From contig JBCQTK010000005.1 in assembly GCA_047178665.1 (NCBI GenBank), forward strand, positions 8,722 through 72,721: a stretch of DNA of 64,000 nt, given 5' to 3'. Below the pieces are notes generated by a model. That model did not search any database and had not been told where the DNA came from. It saw only the letters and a list, made by a program, of their open reading frames with translations. A program made the position numbers and the translations under genes. Shown in pieces: positions 28,859-38,898 of the stretch (position 1 is its first letter; each line of letters begins with the position of its first letter). Source of the stretch: Rikenellaceae bacterium (lineage in GTDB: Bacteria; Bacteroidota; Bacteroidia; Bacteroidales; Rikenellaceae).

Positions 28859-30217
28859 ATGGTTGATAAGTTGAAGGCAATCTTTGCCAATCGTTGGGTG
28901 AAGTTCTCGCTCGCGTCGTTGTTATATATATTGTGGTTCTGCGTATGGAGCGGATTTTGGTGGAGCATAGTGGGTGTTGTGGTGATATACGACATCTATA
29001 TCTCGGGGTATATCAGACGATATGTGTCGATCCCCAACGAGGAGCTGTGCGGTCGTAGCGCCATATATCGAATGGTCTATGAGTGGGTCAATGCGTTGGT
29101 CTTTGCGACGGTGGTCGCAACGATCATCCACACCTACATCTTCCAGCTCTATGTGATCCCCACGTCGTCGATGGAGAAGTCGCTATTGGTGGGTGACTAC
29201 CTCTATGTGAGCAAGTTGTCGTATGGCCCGAAGATGCCCAACACACCCATCGCATTCCCATTTGTCCACCACACGATGCCACTCTCGACTACCAAGCAGT
29301 CCTTCTCGGAGCTCATTAAGTTGCCCTATAATCGACTCGCTGGGTTGAAGAGTATCGAGCGTAACGACGTGGTTGTCTTTAACTTCCCAGCAGGCGACAC
29401 TGTGCTGTTGGAGAATCAGTCGGCTACATACTACGATGTCTTGCGCGCCTACCAGTCGGCGTATGGCGAGACGAGGGGTCGCGAGCGTCTCAACAGCGAC
29501 TACACGGTGATAACACGCCCTGTCGACAAGCGCGAGAACTACATCAAGCGACTCGTCGGTATGCCTGGCGACACAGTTGAGTTGAGGGCGACCACCCTCT
29601 TCGTGAATGGCGTGGAGGAGTTGCAGCCCGAGGGTGAGCAACATATATATAATGTACGTACGTCGCAGCCCCTGTCGAGAGCGCAGATCCGCCAACTCAA
29701 CATAACCGAGGGTAGCAACAACGGAACGAGCTATCAGATACCTCTCACAGCTGCGAGCATCGAGGCGATGGCGAAGATGAGCAATGTGATCTCCGTAGAT
29801 CCATACGAGGCGATGGGGCACAACACAGATGTATTCCCCCACTCGACGCTCTATCCGTGGAATCAAGATAACTTCGGACCTTTGTGGATACCACAGAGCG
29901 GCGCTACTGTCGAGCTGACGACGCAGAATCTGCCACTCTTCGAGAGGGTCATATCGCTCTACGAGGGGAATGATCTGCGTGTCGAGGGCGATGACATATA
30001 TATAAATGGCGAGAGAGCGACCAGCTACACGTTCAAGATGAACTACTACTGGATGATGGGCGACAATCGCCACAACTCGGCAGACTCTCGTTTCTGGGGC
30101 TATGTGCCTGAGGATCACGTTGTCGGCAAGGCGTCGTTCGTATGGTTGTCGTTGGATGCTGAGGGGTCGTTCCCATTCAATATTCGTTGGGACAGGCTCT
30201 TTAAGAAGATTCGCTAG
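28859..30217 (+). CDS. lepB: Signal peptidase I (long Bacteroidota type)
   Basis: IPTSSM (Ser), YIKRLVGMPGD (Lys), MGDNRHNSADSR. Confidence 0.96.
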   Translation: MVDKLKAIFANRWVKFSLASLLYILWFCVWSGFWWSIVGVVVIYDIYISGYIRRYVSIPNEELCGRSAIYRMVYEWVNALVFATVVATIIHTYIFQLYVIPTSSMEKSLLVGDYLYVSKLSYGPKMPNTPIAFPFVHHTMPLSTTKQSFSELIKLPYNRLAGLKSIERNDVVVFNFPAGDTVLLENQSATYYDVLRAYQSAYGETRGRERLNSDYTVITRPVDKRENYIKRLVGMPGDTVELRATTLFVNGVEELQPEGEQHIYNVRTSQPLSRAQIRQLNITEGSNNGTSYQIPLTAASIEAMAKMSNVISVDPYEAMGHNTDVFPHSTLYPWNQDNFGPLWIPQSGATVELTTQNLPLFERVISLYEGNDLRVEGDDIYINGERATSYTFKMNYYWMMGDNRHNSADSRFWGYVPEDHVVGKASFVWLSLDAEGSFPFNIRWDRLFKKIR

Positions 30218-30231
30218 CTGAGGGTGAGTTG

Positions 30232-30855
30232 ATGGAGAGAGATAGCTACTTCACGATAGCCGAACCTGCCGAGTCGCTCTACAAAGTCAAGAGCAGTAAG
30301 TTTCTGAGCTTCGCCTATCCCATCGAGCGTGAGGAGGAGGTGGCACCCCTGCTGGAGGTGCTGCACAAACGTTTCTACGACGCACGCCACCACTGCTATG
30401 CGTGGCGGTTGGGGGCTGCAGGTGATCGCACACGTGCCAATGACGACGGCGAGCCATCGAGCACCGCGGGCAAACCGATTTTGGGGCAGATGCTCTCGCG
30501 CGAGGTGACGAATTGCTTGATTGTTGTGGTGCGATACTTCGGAGGTACAAAGCTCGGGGTCTCGGGGCTGATCGACGCCTATAAAACCGCTACGGCGGAG
30601 GTGCTGGATGCGGCAGAGATAGTTGAGCGGACGGTTGACGTAGAGGTCTCGGTGTCGTTCTCCTATGTGGTGATGAATGGCGTGATGAAGGTGATTAAGG
30701 ATCTGCAACCAAAGATCGTTTCGCAGGAGTTCGACAACCTCTGCAGGATGAACCTCACGATCCGCGAGAGTGAGAGCGCACAGCTCATTGGGCGTCTGGA
30801 GGATGTTGACGGAGCGGCGGTCGAGGTGGTTGCTCAGGATGACGAGCAGATATAA
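30232..30855 (+). CDS. yigZ: YigZ/IMPACT family protein
   Basis: KSSKF, HHCYAW, DDGEPSSTAG, RYFGGTKLGVSGLI. Confidence 0.93.
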   Translation: MERDSYFTIAEPAESLYKVKSSKFLSFAYPIEREEEVAPLLEVLHKRFYDARHHCYAWRLGAAGDRTRANDDGEPSSTAGKPILGQMLSREVTNCLIVVVRYFGGTKLGVSGLIDAYKTATAEVLDAAEIVERTVDVEVSVSFSYVVMNGVMKVIKDLQPKIVSQEFDNLCRMNLTIRESESAQLIGRLEDVDGAAVEVVAQDDEQI

Positions 30856-30863
30856 GTTATAGA

Positions 30864-33665
30864 ATGGAAGATAATAAGATAGTTATAAAGGGTGCGAGGG
30901 TTCACAACCTCAAAAATGTTGATGTGGAGATTCCGCACAACAAACTTGTTGTTGTGACAGGTCTTTCGGGCTCGGGCAAGTCGACATTGGCGTTTGACAC
31001 GATCTTTGCCGAGGGGCAGAGGCGCTATGTGGAGTCGTTGTCGGCGTATGCACGTCAGTTTTTGGGACGTGTAAGCAAGCCCGATGTAGATCAGATCACA
31101 GGTATCGCGCCAGCCATTGCTATCGAGCAGAGGGTCAATAGCCGCAATCCACGCTCCACGGTGGGCACGACTACGGAGATCTACGACTATCTCAAACTCC
31201 TGTTTGCAAGAGTCGGACACACCTACTCGCCCGTGTCGGGGGAGGAGGTGACGGCAGACTCGGTGGATGATGTGGTGGAGCAGATATTGGGGGGTGCGGA
31301 TGGCGATCGTGTCATCATCACAGCGCCCCTTGCGGCAGGTAGCAGCACGGGGGTTATAGAGCCGATCTTGGAGATTATGTCGCAGGGTCTGCAGCGCCTC
31401 TATGTCGGGGGTGCGACGATCTTGATTGAGGATTTTCTCCCCACTGTGACGGACGCGACACAAGCCGATCAGATCGAGGTGGTCTTTGATCGTGTGAAGC
31501 TCAACAAGGAGAGCGATGAGTTGAGGGGGCGTCTTGCCGATGGCGTGTCGCGCGCCTACGACTATAGCGATGGCTTTGTTGGAGTGGTCGTTGGGGATCA
31601 GTATCGGCGCTACTCCTCTCGTTTTGAGCGCGACGGCATCACCTTCGAGGAGCCCTCGGAGCACCTCTTTAGCTTCAACAATCCGCTTGGTGCCTGCCCC
31701 CGATGTGAGGGCTACGGCAGGGTTGTGGGGATCGACGAGGAGCTCGTTGTACCCGACAAGAGCCGCTCGATATATGACAATGCGATAGCGTGCTGGAGGG
31801 GTGAGACGATGCGTAAGTGGAGGGATCAGTTGGTCGGCACAGCCTACCTATTCGACTTCCCGATCCACACGCCATACTACGATCTGACGCGCGCACAGCG
31901 GCAGCTGCTCTGGAGCGGCAACCAACACTTCGAGGGGCTCAATAGCTTCTTCGACTACTTGGAGTCGGAGCGACGCAAGATACAGTATCGTGTGATGAAG
32001 GCGCGATATACGGGCAAGACGATCTGTGCGGAGTGTGGCGGCAGCCGCCTCAGGCGCGAGGCGTTATATATAAAGGTCGGAGGACGTAATATAGCAGATC
32101 TGGTGATGATCTCGATCGACGAGGTGATAGAGTTCTTCGACTCGTTGCAGCTCGACGAGTACGATGCGGCGAGGGCAAGACGAATCATTGTGGAGATACG
32201 CAACAGACTCCAATACCTTGTGGATGTGGGTCTTGGCTACCTTACGCTGGATCGGTTGAGCTCCACGCTCTCGGGCGGTGAGTCGCAGCGTATTAACCTC
32301 TCGACATCGTTGGGCAGCAACCTCACGGGGTCGCTCTATATCCTCGACGAGCCGAGCATAGGTCTGCATCCGCGCGACACGGAGAGGCTGATAGGAGTAC
32401 TCAAACAGCTGCGCGACATTGGCAACACGGTGATAGTCGTGGAGCACGAGGAGGAGGTTATACGTGCGGCGGACTACATAATAGATGTGGGGCGCGAGGC
32501 TGGCTACTTGGGTGGCGAGATTGTCTATAGTGGCGATCTGAAGGGTCTTATGAAGTCGAAGAGGTCGCTGACGGCAGATTACCTGAGCGGTCGAAAAAAT
32601 ATAGAGGTGCCGCAGTCGTTGCGTGCACCGAGCGGATGGCTCAAGATCTGCGGTGCGAGGGAGAATAATCTGCGGAGTGTGGATGTGTCGATTCCGCTGG
32701 GCGTAATGAGTTGCATCACGGGTGTGAGCGGTTCGGGTAAGTCGTCGTTGGTGAGGGGTATCTTGTACCCTGCGCTGCGGAGGGAGCTGCAGGAGTCGGG
32801 TTCGCGTCCAGGCGATTTCGATGGGTTGGAGGGCGATCTCTCGCTGCTCAGCTCTGTGGAGATGGTCGATCAGTCGCCCATCGGTAGGTCGTCGAGGTCG
32901 AACCCAGTGACATACATTAAGGCGTACGACGAGATCCGCAAGATCTTTGCCGACCAACCATACTCGCGCAACACAGGTCTCAACGCCTCGTCGTTCTCGT
33001 TCAACATCGCTGGCGGACGCTGCGAGGAGTGCCAGGGCGAGGGTGTCATCAAGGTGAGTATGCAGTTTATGGCAGATGTGGAGCTAGAGTGCGAGAGCTG
33101 CAAGGGGAGTAGGTTCAAGGCGGAGGTGCTGGCGGCGAAGTATCAGGGGCGCTCGATCTGCGAGGTGTTGGATATGACTGTCGACGCCGCCATCGAGTTC
33201 TTCTCACAGGAGGGCGGTGGCGCGGCACGTAAGGTTGTCGAGCGATTGCGCCATCTGGAGAGTGTCGGCTTGGGCTATATCAAGCTGGGTCAATCCTCCT
33301 CGACGCTCTCGGGCGGTGAGGCGCAGAGGGTGAAGCTGGCGTCGTTTCTGGGCAAGGATAGCGCAGGTGCGACGGCGCGCGACAAGATCCTATTCATCTT
33401 TGACGAGCCTACGACAGGGCTACATTTCCACGACATAAATAGATTGCTAAAGGCATTTACGGCGCTCATCGAGCGTGGACACACGATAGTCGTCGTGGAG
33501 CACAATATGGATGTCATTAAGTGTGCCGACTACGTTGTCGACCTCGGTGTTGAGGCTGGCGACAAGGGGGGCAACCTCGTATTCGAGGGGTCGCCTGCAG
33601 GGTTGGCGGCGAGGGAGGAGAGCTACACAGGGCGCTTCCTCGCAAAACATAATAGTGAAAAATAG
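30864..33665 (+). CDS. uvrA: Excinuclease ABC subunit A
   Basis: Two ABC ATPase domains ([21 protein letters not shown]) and CxxC zinc fingers. Confidence 0.96.
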   Translation: MEDNKIVIKGARVHNLKNVDVEIPHNKLVVVTGLSGSGKSTLAFDTIFAEGQRRYVESLSAYARQFLGRVSKPDVDQITGIAPAIAIEQRVNSRNPRSTVGTTTEIYDYLKLLFARVGHTYSPVSGEEVTADSVDDVVEQILGGADGDRVIITAPLAAGSSTGVIEPILEIMSQGLQRLYVGGATILIEDFLPTVTDATQADQIEVVFDRVKLNKESDELRGRLADGVSRAYDYSDGFVGVVVGDQYRRYSSRFERDGITFEEPSEHLFSFNNPLGACPRCEGYGRVVGIDEELVVPDKSRSIYDNAIACWRGETMRKWRDQLVGTAYLFDFPIHTPYYDLTRAQRQLLWSGNQHFEGLNSFFDYLESERRKIQYRVMKARYTGKTICAECGGSRLRREALYIKVGGRNIADLVMISIDEVIEFFDSLQLDEYDAARARRIIVEIRNRLQYLVDVGLGYLTLDRLSSTLSGGESQRINLSTSLGSNLTGSLYILDEPSIGLHPRDTERLIGVLKQLRDIGNTVIVVEHEEEVIRAADYIIDVGREAGYLGGEIVYSGDLKGLMKSKRSLTADYLSGRKNIEVPQSLRAPSGWLKICGARENNLRSVDVSIPLGVMSCITGVSGSGKSSLVRGILYPALRRELQESGSRPGDFDGLEGDLSLLSSVEMVDQSPIGRSSRSNPVTYIKAYDEIRKIFADQPYSRNTGLNASSFSFNIAGGRCEECQGEGVIKVSMQFMADVELECESCKGSRFKAEVLAAKYQGRSICEVLDMTVDAAIEFFSQEGGGAARKVVERLRHLESVGLGYIKLGQSSSTLSGGEAQRVKLASFLGKDSAGATARDKILFIFDEPTTGLHFHDINRLLKAFTALIERGHTIVVVEHNMDVIKCADYVVDLGVEAGDKGGNLVFEGSPAGLAAREESYTGRFLAKHNSEK

Positions 33666-34880
33666 ATGGAATTTTACACATACACACTGCCCAACGGCAT
33701 TAGGGGAATACACCGTCGCACGACGAGCTCGGTGGCTCACTGCGGACTAATCGTCGGGAGCGGTACACGCGACGAGCGCACGGGTGAGTTCGGCTTGGCG
33801 CACTTCACCGAACACGGACTATTCAAGGGGACGACACACCGCAAGGCGTATCAGGTCAACTGCCGACTCGAAAACCTCGGGGGCGAACTCAACGCATACA
33901 CAACCAAGGAGGATACGACGATCCACGCAACTACGCTAAAGGCGGACTTCCGCAAGGCGGCGGAACTTATTGCCGACGTAACCTTCAACTCTACCTTCCT
34001 CGATCGTGAGATGGAGCGCGAGAAGGAGGTGGTCTACGACGAGATCAACTCCTACAAGGACTCTCCTGCCGAGATGATATACGACAACTTCGAGGATATG
34101 ATCTTCGAGGGGTCGGAGCTCGGACACAACATATTGGGGACGAGGCGCGACATCCGCAAGTTCGACAACAGGGTGATACGACAATTCACCGAGCGCGCAT
34201 ATACAACCGACCAGATGGTCTTTTCGTCGATCGGGGCGATCAGCAACAACCGAATCGAGGAGATCGCCACACGATATTTCGGAGGTGTAGAGCCCTCGAC
34301 ACGCAGCTTCGAGCGAGAGCTCCCCTGCCACGTCGAGCCGTTTACGCTCACCGAGAACCACCGCACACACCAGGCGCACTGCATCATCGGGGGGCGCGCA
34401 TATAGCATAATGGATCCGCGACGACTGCCGTTGGCGCTGCTAATCAACATATTGGGAGGTCCTTCGGCGAACTCTCTGCTCAACGTGTTGGTGAGGGAGA
34501 AGCACGGACTGACCTACAACGTCGAGGCGAACTATACGCCCTACTCCGACTCGGGGATGGTGACGATATACTACAGCTGCGAGAGCGCCAACAGCGACAA
34601 GGTGGCGAAACTTATCTACAGCGTGATCGAGAAGCTCCGCACAGTGAAGCTTACGCCGCGTCAGCTGTCGATGTCGAAGCGGCAGTTTATTGCGCAGCTA
34701 GCGATCTCGATGGAGAGCAACGAGGGGTATATGTTGGGTGCAGGCAAGAGCTATCTGCTCCACCGCTCGATCGACACTGTCGAGGAGAGCTATCGTCGAC
34801 TCTCGGCAATCACGGCAGAGCAGATCTGCGAGGTGGCGTGCGACGTGTTGACAGATCTCTCGACACTAACTTACAGATAA
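33666..34880 (+). CDS. M16 family zinc peptidase (pitrilysin-like)
   Basis: HFTEH inverted zincin motif, NAYTTKE, REKHGLTY. Confidence 0.93.
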   Translation: MEFYTYTLPNGIRGIHRRTTSSVAHCGLIVGSGTRDERTGEFGLAHFTEHGLFKGTTHRKAYQVNCRLENLGGELNAYTTKEDTTIHATTLKADFRKAAELIADVTFNSTFLDREMEREKEVVYDEINSYKDSPAEMIYDNFEDMIFEGSELGHNILGTRRDIRKFDNRVIRQFTERAYTTDQMVFSSIGAISNNRIEEIATRYFGGVEPSTRSFERELPCHVEPFTLTENHRTHQAHCIIGGRAYSIMDPRRLPLALLINILGGPSANSLLNVLVREKHGLTYNVEANYTPYSDSGMVTIYYSCESANSDKVAKLIYSVIEKLRTVKLTPRQLSMSKRQFIAQLAISMESNEGYMLGAGKSYLLHRSIDTVEESYRRLSAITAEQICEVACDVLTDLSTLTYR

Positions 34881-34908
34881 ATTAGCTTTTCAAACTCACG
34901 TTAAATTT

Positions 34909-35544
34909 ATGGAGCCAATAGATAGATACATATTAGACCACACAACCCCCGAGGAACAGCTCCTGAGCGAGCTCGATCGCGAGACACACCTACGTGTCGT
35001 GCAGCCGCGTATGTTGTCGGGGCACATTCAGGGGCGACTGCTGACGATGATGACGCAGATGGTGCGTCCGCGTAGAGTCCTCGAAATTGGTACATTCACA
35101 GGCTACTCCGCCCTCTGCATCGCCGCAGGTTTGGAGAGTGGGGCGGAGCTTCATACGGTGGAGGTAGATGACGAGCTGGAGTCGCTCTCGTCGTCGTTCT
35201 TCGAGAGGAGCGAGCACGGCGAGAAGATATTTGCCCACATAGGCTCTGCGCTAGAGGTTGCTCCGCGCCTGGGTGGACGCTTCGACCTCGTCTTTATGGA
35301 TGGCGACAAGAGGGAGTATCCGGCCTATCTTACGATGCTGCTCGATGGCGGCTTGGTGGGGAGCGGATCGTTTATCATCGCCGACAACATATTGTGGTCG
35401 GGTAAGGTGGTGGAGCCTCTGCAGCACAACGATCGTCACACGGCGGCGCTGCTGGAGTTCAACAAGATGGTGGTCGAGGATGAGCGTTTGGAGTGTGTGA
35501 TTATTCCACTTAGAGATGGGCTGAACCTTGTCCGAGTGAGGTAG
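34909..35544 (+). CDS. O-methyltransferase (COMT/CCoAOMT-like)
   Basis: LEIGTFTGYS, DGDK, ADNILWSG, RDG. Confidence 0.92.
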   Translation: MEPIDRYILDHTTPEEQLLSELDRETHLRVVQPRMLSGHIQGRLLTMMTQMVRPRRVLEIGTFTGYSALCIAAGLESGAELHTVEVDDELESLSSSFFERSEHGEKIFAHIGSALEVAPRLGGRFDLVFMDGDKREYPAYLTMLLDGGLVGSGSFIIADNILWSGKVVEPLQHNDRHTAALLEFNKMVVEDERLECVIIPLRDGLNLVRVR

Positions 35545-36067
35545 TCTTGCCACCCTTTATTTGCTCGACAACTCGGTAGAACGCCTCGATGTCACCCTGC
35601 GAAAGGATGCCCTTACGCGTAAATATCGCCTCGCCAGATAGGTTGACTACGACCAACGCAAACTGGTTGTTGCAGTCACCCAGCCCCCACTCAGTGGCGA
35701 GCGTGTGTGAGTCGTCGACGAGGATGGTGACTCTGCTCTCCTCATTTCGTTTCTCCGCCATTGCGTAGGCAAGATCTCGGGGTATCTTGGGTGCATCCTT
35801 GAGGTTTATGACCCCTATGGGGCGGATAAGAGGGGTGTCGATGCGCCCATTCTGTGCCATATCGTCGGTGAAGGACTTGTTGAGGTTCGCTCGATCGGGG
35901 TCGACGTAGAACACGAGAAGGTAGTTGCGCCCCCAATGTGGGAGCGTGCTCTTCCTGCCCTGCAGATCCTCTAGTGTCGGATTTTTTAGCTGACGTCGCG
36001 ACTCCTGCGCCTGCAGCGTGGTGGCGGCAAGAAGGAGCGTGGCGAGTATGAGTAGTGCTCTTCGCAT
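35510..36067 (-). CDS. Exported thioredoxin-fold protein, YtfJ-like
   Basis: Signal peptide, VFYVDPD, GVINLKD, WGLGDCN. Promoter TAAGTTTG at 36097-36090. Confidence 0.6.
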   Translation of the reverse strand: MRRALLILATLLLAATTLQAQESRRQLKNPTLEDLQGRKSTLPHWGRNYLLVFYVDPDRANLNKSFTDDMAQNGRIDTPLIRPIGVINLKDAPKIPRDLAYAMAEKRNEESRVTILVDDSHTLATEWGLGDCNNQFALVVVNLSGEAIFTRKGILSQGDIEAFYRVVEQIKGGKTTSLGQGSAHL

Positions 36068-36170
36068 CGGTTCAAGTGTTGATTCTCCGCAAACTTACAT
36101 AAAAAAAACGAGAATGACAACAGACCGGCGATCTCTCTCGGGGCAGACGCGCGAAATTATAAATTGTTAA

Positions 36171-36557
36171 TTAGCTCTGTGATCGTCTCATTGCGCCGTC
36201 GAGAGAGTAGAGCCCGCCACCTGCGATGAATATATATATGTATATAAAGACGTAGATCCCCTGTAGTTCCATATCGCTGAGCGAGGGTGTGGGGAAGTAG
36301 ACTGCGAGGGCGAGTATGCTGCCAACGATCAAGATGACGGAGGCGAGTCGAATACGCCATCCGACCACCAACATAAGTGCTGTAACGCACTCTGCTGCAG
36401 CAAAAAGCGTGAACCAGAGTGCCGCCGACAGCCCCTCCAGTCGCGGATAGCTCGTGATAATCTCATTGTAGTTCTGATATTTCCAGATGTTGTGGAGGAT
36501 CAACATTCCCCCCACAACAATACGCAGATATAGCTGCGCAATGTCGAGTGTTCGCAT
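36171..36557 (-). CDS. DoxX family membrane protein
   Basis: LRIVVG...H, E in TM2, GWRIRLAS, GGGLYSLD. Confidence 0.85.
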   Translation of the reverse strand: MRTLDIAQLYLRIVVGGMLILHNIWKYQNYNEIITSYPRLEGLSAALWFTLFAAAECVTALMLVVGWRIRLASVILIVGSILALAVYFPTPSLSDMELQGIYVFIYIYIFIAGGGLYSLDGAMRRSQS

Positions 36558-36693
36558 CGTATGTTTGATTTTCGTTTGTCGTTGAGTGTCAATTCAAAAC
36601 AGGGTTATATCAATAATTGTTCCACTTTTTTAGGTTAACTATTTGGTAGATATATTTTTTTAGCTTATCTTTGCGCCAGCTTTCGAGCAGGAT

Positions 36694-36764
36694 TGAGCTA
36701 TGGTGTAATGGTAACACAGCTGATTTTGGTTCAGTCGTTTCAGGTTCGAATCCTGATAGCTCAA
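36694..36764 (+). tRNA. tRNA-Gln (TTG)
   Basis: Acceptor TGAGCTA/TAGCTCA, D-loop TGGT, anticodon arm GCTGA-TT-TTG-GT-TCAGT, T-loop GTTCGAATC. No encoded CCA. Promoter TATCTTTG at 36666-36673. Confidence 0.97.
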
Positions 36765-36834
36765 CAGAGGGGTCAACTATTAAGGGGGGCTCAGCAACGG
36801 GGTCAACCATTAAGTTGGACTCGGCAAAAGAATG

Positions 36835-36889
36835 GGGGGAGTTAAGTTTGCTGTCTATGCAGTGGCAGAACGGATCCCCCTGCTTTTTT
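36835..36889 (+). terminator. Hairpin plus U-tract between tRNA-Gln and nusB
   Basis: GGGGGA...TCCCCC closing stem with a bulged inner stem, followed by TGCTTTTTT. Confidence 0.55.
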
Positions 36890-36950
36890 GAGATATTAAA
36901 TTTTATTGTAGTAACGCGACACAACTATTAGTCGCACCAAGTTCGTTGGT

Positions 36951-37901
36951 ATGTTAAGTAGAAGATTACTTCGTATTAAGGCTCTGAAAGCCATCTATGC
37001 TCACCTTCAATGCGATGGTGACAACCTCAATGCTTCGCAGAAGAGGCTCTTCCTCTCGATCGACAAGGCGTATGATCTCTACTTTTTGCTGCTGCAGCTA
37101 CCTGTTGCAATGGCGGACTACTCACGATCAATGCAGCAGATCGCGCGCGAAAAACACCTCGCTACATATGAGGATCTAAACCCAAACACCAAATTTGTCG
37201 ACTCTGCAGCCATTCGTCTGCTCGAAAATAGCGACTCACTTAACGACCACCTCAGTGCGCGTGGCGTGAGCTGGAGAGAGCACCCCGAGTTCGTGAAGGC
37301 GTTGTTTGTAGCCTTCGCCCAGAGCGAGAAGTTCAAGAGCTATATGTCAACTCCTGTGGGAAACATAAAGGAGGATGTCGAGCTGTTGGAGTATCTATTC
37401 GTCGAGCTGTTGCAGTCTAACGAGCAGATAACCGAGCAGGTCGAGGAGGTGGTAGAGGAGATCTCGATAATGATGAGTGGCGACATAAGCTACGTCTTGC
37501 CACTAGTGCACCGCACAATCACCTCGATCCGCCCATCTCACACCGACATCAAGGTGATGAAGAAGTATAAGAACGACGACGACATCGACTTTGTGCGCGC
37601 ACTCTTTGAGCGTTCGATCGTCAACCACTCTAAGTATCAGGCATATATCGAGAAGTTTACGGCCAATTGGGATGTGGAGCGCATCGTGTTGATGGACAAC
37701 CTCATTATGGTTGTCGCAATGGCGGAGCTACTCAACTTCCCCGACATACCGACCAAGGTGACGATGGATGAGTATATCGAGATCTCAAAGTTCTACTCGA
37801 CACCTGGCAGTAGCAACTTCGTCAACGGAATATTGGATCGCCTCACCAACTCGCTCAACGAGGAGGGTGCGATCAAAAAGAGCGGACGCGGCTTGATGTA
37901 G
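36951..37901 (+). CDS. nusB: Transcription antitermination factor NusB (long Bacteroidota form)
   Basis: MLSRRLLRIK, NWDVERI, KVTMDEYIEISKFYST, FVNGILD. Confidence 0.93.
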   Translation: MLSRRLLRIKALKAIYAHLQCDGDNLNASQKRLFLSIDKAYDLYFLLLQLPVAMADYSRSMQQIAREKHLATYEDLNPNTKFVDSAAIRLLENSDSLNDHLSARGVSWREHPEFVKALFVAFAQSEKFKSYMSTPVGNIKEDVELLEYLFVELLQSNEQITEQVEEVVEEISIMMSGDISYVLPLVHRTITSIRPSHTDIKVMKKYKNDDDIDFVRALFERSIVNHSKYQAYIEKFTANWDVERIVLMDNLIMVVAMAELLNFPDIPTKVTMDEYIEISKFYSTPGSSNFVNGILDRLTNSLNEEGAIKKSGRGLM

Positions 37902-37932
37902 AATCTCTCAAATTGTCGCATAACTCATAAGT

Positions 37933-37966
37933 TGTGGTGTGGATTACTCTGCACCACATTTTTTTT
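37933..37966 (+). terminator. Rho-independent terminator after nusB
   Basis: TGTGGTGTGGA-TTAC-TCTGCACCACA followed by T8. Confidence 0.8.
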
Positions 37967-38108
37967 GCGTAGTAGTCAACACCCACAAAGAGAGGGCAAA
38001 GGCTCTTTTGCAGTGCGATTTAATCAGTTTTAACGTAATTAAAATAGAGGTGAAATTTGATTAGCCGAAATAATTTTGTAACTTTGTGAGAAGTTAACAT
38101 ATGATTTG

Positions 38109-38873
38109 ATGCTAAGTACTCTTTTCTACCTCTTTTTAGTGCTCTTGTGCACCTTTTTTCTCATTTTGTCGGCAGTGGCTCTGCTGATATGTGCGCCGTT
38201 CGACCCCTCTAGGAGCGTGGTGCACGGGTTGTCGCGTATTATGGTGAAGATATTTTTCGCTGTGCCACCGCTCTGGCGACGACGAGTCGAGGGGTTGGAG
38301 AATCTCGACAGTAGCAAGAGCTACGTCATTGTGATGAACCACAGTTCGATGCTCGATATTCCGATACTCTATATGTTGCCGCTGAACTTCCGTTGGGTCT
38401 CGAAGCGCGAGGTCTTTTCGATTCCGATCTTTGGGCAGTTCTTGAGGCTCCACGGCGACATAACGATCGAGCGCGGAAATGGAAAGGCGGCGATGGAGCA
38501 GGTTACGCGTCAGGGGTGTGAGTGGATCAGGCGCGGTGCGTCGGTCGCAATCTTCCCCGAGGGTACGCGAACCAGAACGGGCGAGATAGGGCGATTCAAG
38601 GCTGGCGCATTCAACCTCGCACGTGAGGCTGGTGTGGAGATTCTACCTGTGGTGATCGACGGGACGAGGAGTATGATCCGTGGAGGACTCTTCGACTGGC
38701 GGAGTAGCCTGACGCTGAGGGTGCTGCAACCTGTGGTTTGCGACAATGGCGACCACGTGGCGACACGAGAGGTGATGGATAGGGTGAGGGCAGATATGAG
38801 CGATGCGCTGGAGCAGATACGCGCAGCATCGGCGAGCCAAGATGAGGTTCGACGCACACGCAGAGATAAATGA
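38109..38873 (+). CDS. plsC: 1-acyl-sn-glycerol-3-phosphate acyltransferase
   Basis: NHSSMLD (HxxxxD) and FPEGTR. Promoter TAACTTTG at 38079-38086. Confidence 0.9.
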   Translation: MLSTLFYLFLVLLCTFFLILSAVALLICAPFDPSRSVVHGLSRIMVKIFFAVPPLWRRRVEGLENLDSSKSYVIVMNHSSMLDIPILYMLPLNFRWVSKREVFSIPIFGQFLRLHGDITIERGNGKAAMEQVTRQGCEWIRRGASVAIFPEGTRTRTGEIGRFKAGAFNLAREAGVEILPVVIDGTRSMIRGGLFDWRSSLTLRVLQPVVCDNGDHVATREVMDRVRADMSDALEQIRAASASQDEVRRTRRDK

Positions 38874-38898
38874 TAGAGCAAAATAAGAAGCACAATAT

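Noticed and set aside
29183-32957. Long antisense ORFs (311, 276 and 297 aa), and similar ones at 41211-42026, 52097-52849 and 63273-63980
   Set aside because: They are shadow frames of well-supported genes (lepB, uvrA, parC, murB, fimbrillin), caused by codon bias, and show no protein motifs.
36769-36828. CRISPR array
   Set aside because: Only two contiguous 30-nt units, no spacers of proper length and no cas genes.
36610-36931. ORFs of 104 aa (-) and 86 aa (+) in the ORF track
   Set aside because: They overlap tRNA-Gln and its terminator; spurious.
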